From NCBI RefSeq assembly GCF_001194135.2, contig NC_068985.1:104927319-104991318 (forward strand): DNA of 64,000 bases, read 5' to 3'. Every line of letters begins with the position of its first letter. The first letter of the stretch is position 1. This document shows, piece by piece, positions 63,300-64,000 of this stretch. The notes beneath the pieces are model-generated. The model searched no databases. It was not told the DNA's origin and saw nothing but the letters and a program-made list of their open reading frames with translations. This stretch comes from Octopus bimaculoides. Lineage: Eukaryota. Position numbers and translations under genes: made by a program.

Positions 63300-64000
63300 A
63301 CACTACAATATAACGCAAACACCAAGCAATGGAGACTACAAACGGTGAACCGGAAGTCATTAAGAGACGGCTGGAATGTCTTACAGCATGTTCCCACCTT
63401 CTGTACTAGAGTTCAAATTCCGTAGAGAGTCATCATTCCCAGAGTCGATATCGACTAAGTATGAAGGTCGATTCTCGCTTTCTCTCTGAATCGGATACGT
63501 AGGGCAGTAGTAATAGGGTACGCGAGTGGGGGAAGATTACTGCCAACGTCCCTTTCTCCAGAGCTGAATGAGGTGCTAACAAGGTTTCCTCAGGAGAACC
63601 GTCTGCGGACAAGATGTGCAGTACGGAATGGAAAAAAAGGAAAAGAATTATAACTAAATACAATGCCAACAAATAAAGCAATACTTTAAATTAAGGAAAA
63701 TACTATTCTGAGTGGAAACATAAAATAGGCAACGAACGAATTGGCAGAATCGTTAGCGCGTCGGATAGCATATCTTACGGTATTCGTTTCGACTTCCTCT
63801 GCTCCGAGTTCGAATGTTGGGAGACAAGGACAAAAGCTAAATAGAGAAACCGAGGCCAACTCCTGAACATACACAATGAAAGGAAGCGTTGAAGATTGTG
63901 CTTTTTGTCTAAACATGGTAAATAACAGGACCAAAAGTCAGAGAAACCGATTATCACCCAATAAATGTATCGTTCAAATACAGAGAATTTAGTAAACACA
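63300..64000. promoter_or_regulatory. CpG-rich putative promoter/first-exon region
   Basis: About 30 CpGs counted by eye in about 700 bp, versus strong depletion elsewhere. ETS consensus ACCGGAAGT at 63349-63357. Palindrome AGTCGATATCGACT at 63443-63456. The SINE relic at about 63735-63820 retains its CpGs. Confidence 0.5.

Overview
AT-rich, repeat-dense eukaryotic scaffold segment with four N gaps. Its SINE, MITE and LINE families look like those of Octopus (inference from recalled repeat families, not a database hit). One protein-coding gene is well supported on the minus strand. I assembled 13 GT-AG, phase-compatible exons by hand from 41175 to the stop at 19092 (2070 nt, 689 aa). Two further candidate 5' exons lie at 54861-54950 and 58747-58793, and a CpG-rich putative promoter at about 63.3-64 kb. 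The product ends in a STARD9-type START lipid-binding domain and appears to carry a second, divergent START-like domain upstream; no kinesin motor is visible. The rest is microsatellite and transposon debris: an internally deleted Chapaev3-like element, a Helitron remnant, two mariner relics, hAT, piggyBac-like and fold-back MITEs, RTE, CR1, R4-like, Hero-like and Penelope fragments, and many tRNA-derived SINEs. I found no intact, clearly novel multi-gene system. The best leads are the tandem-START motorless architecture, R4-like LINE tails inserted in an (ACAT)n array, a self-nesting SINE array, an inverted SINE pair bracketing an exon, a damaged Penelope hammerhead motif and a perfect 22-bp hairpin.
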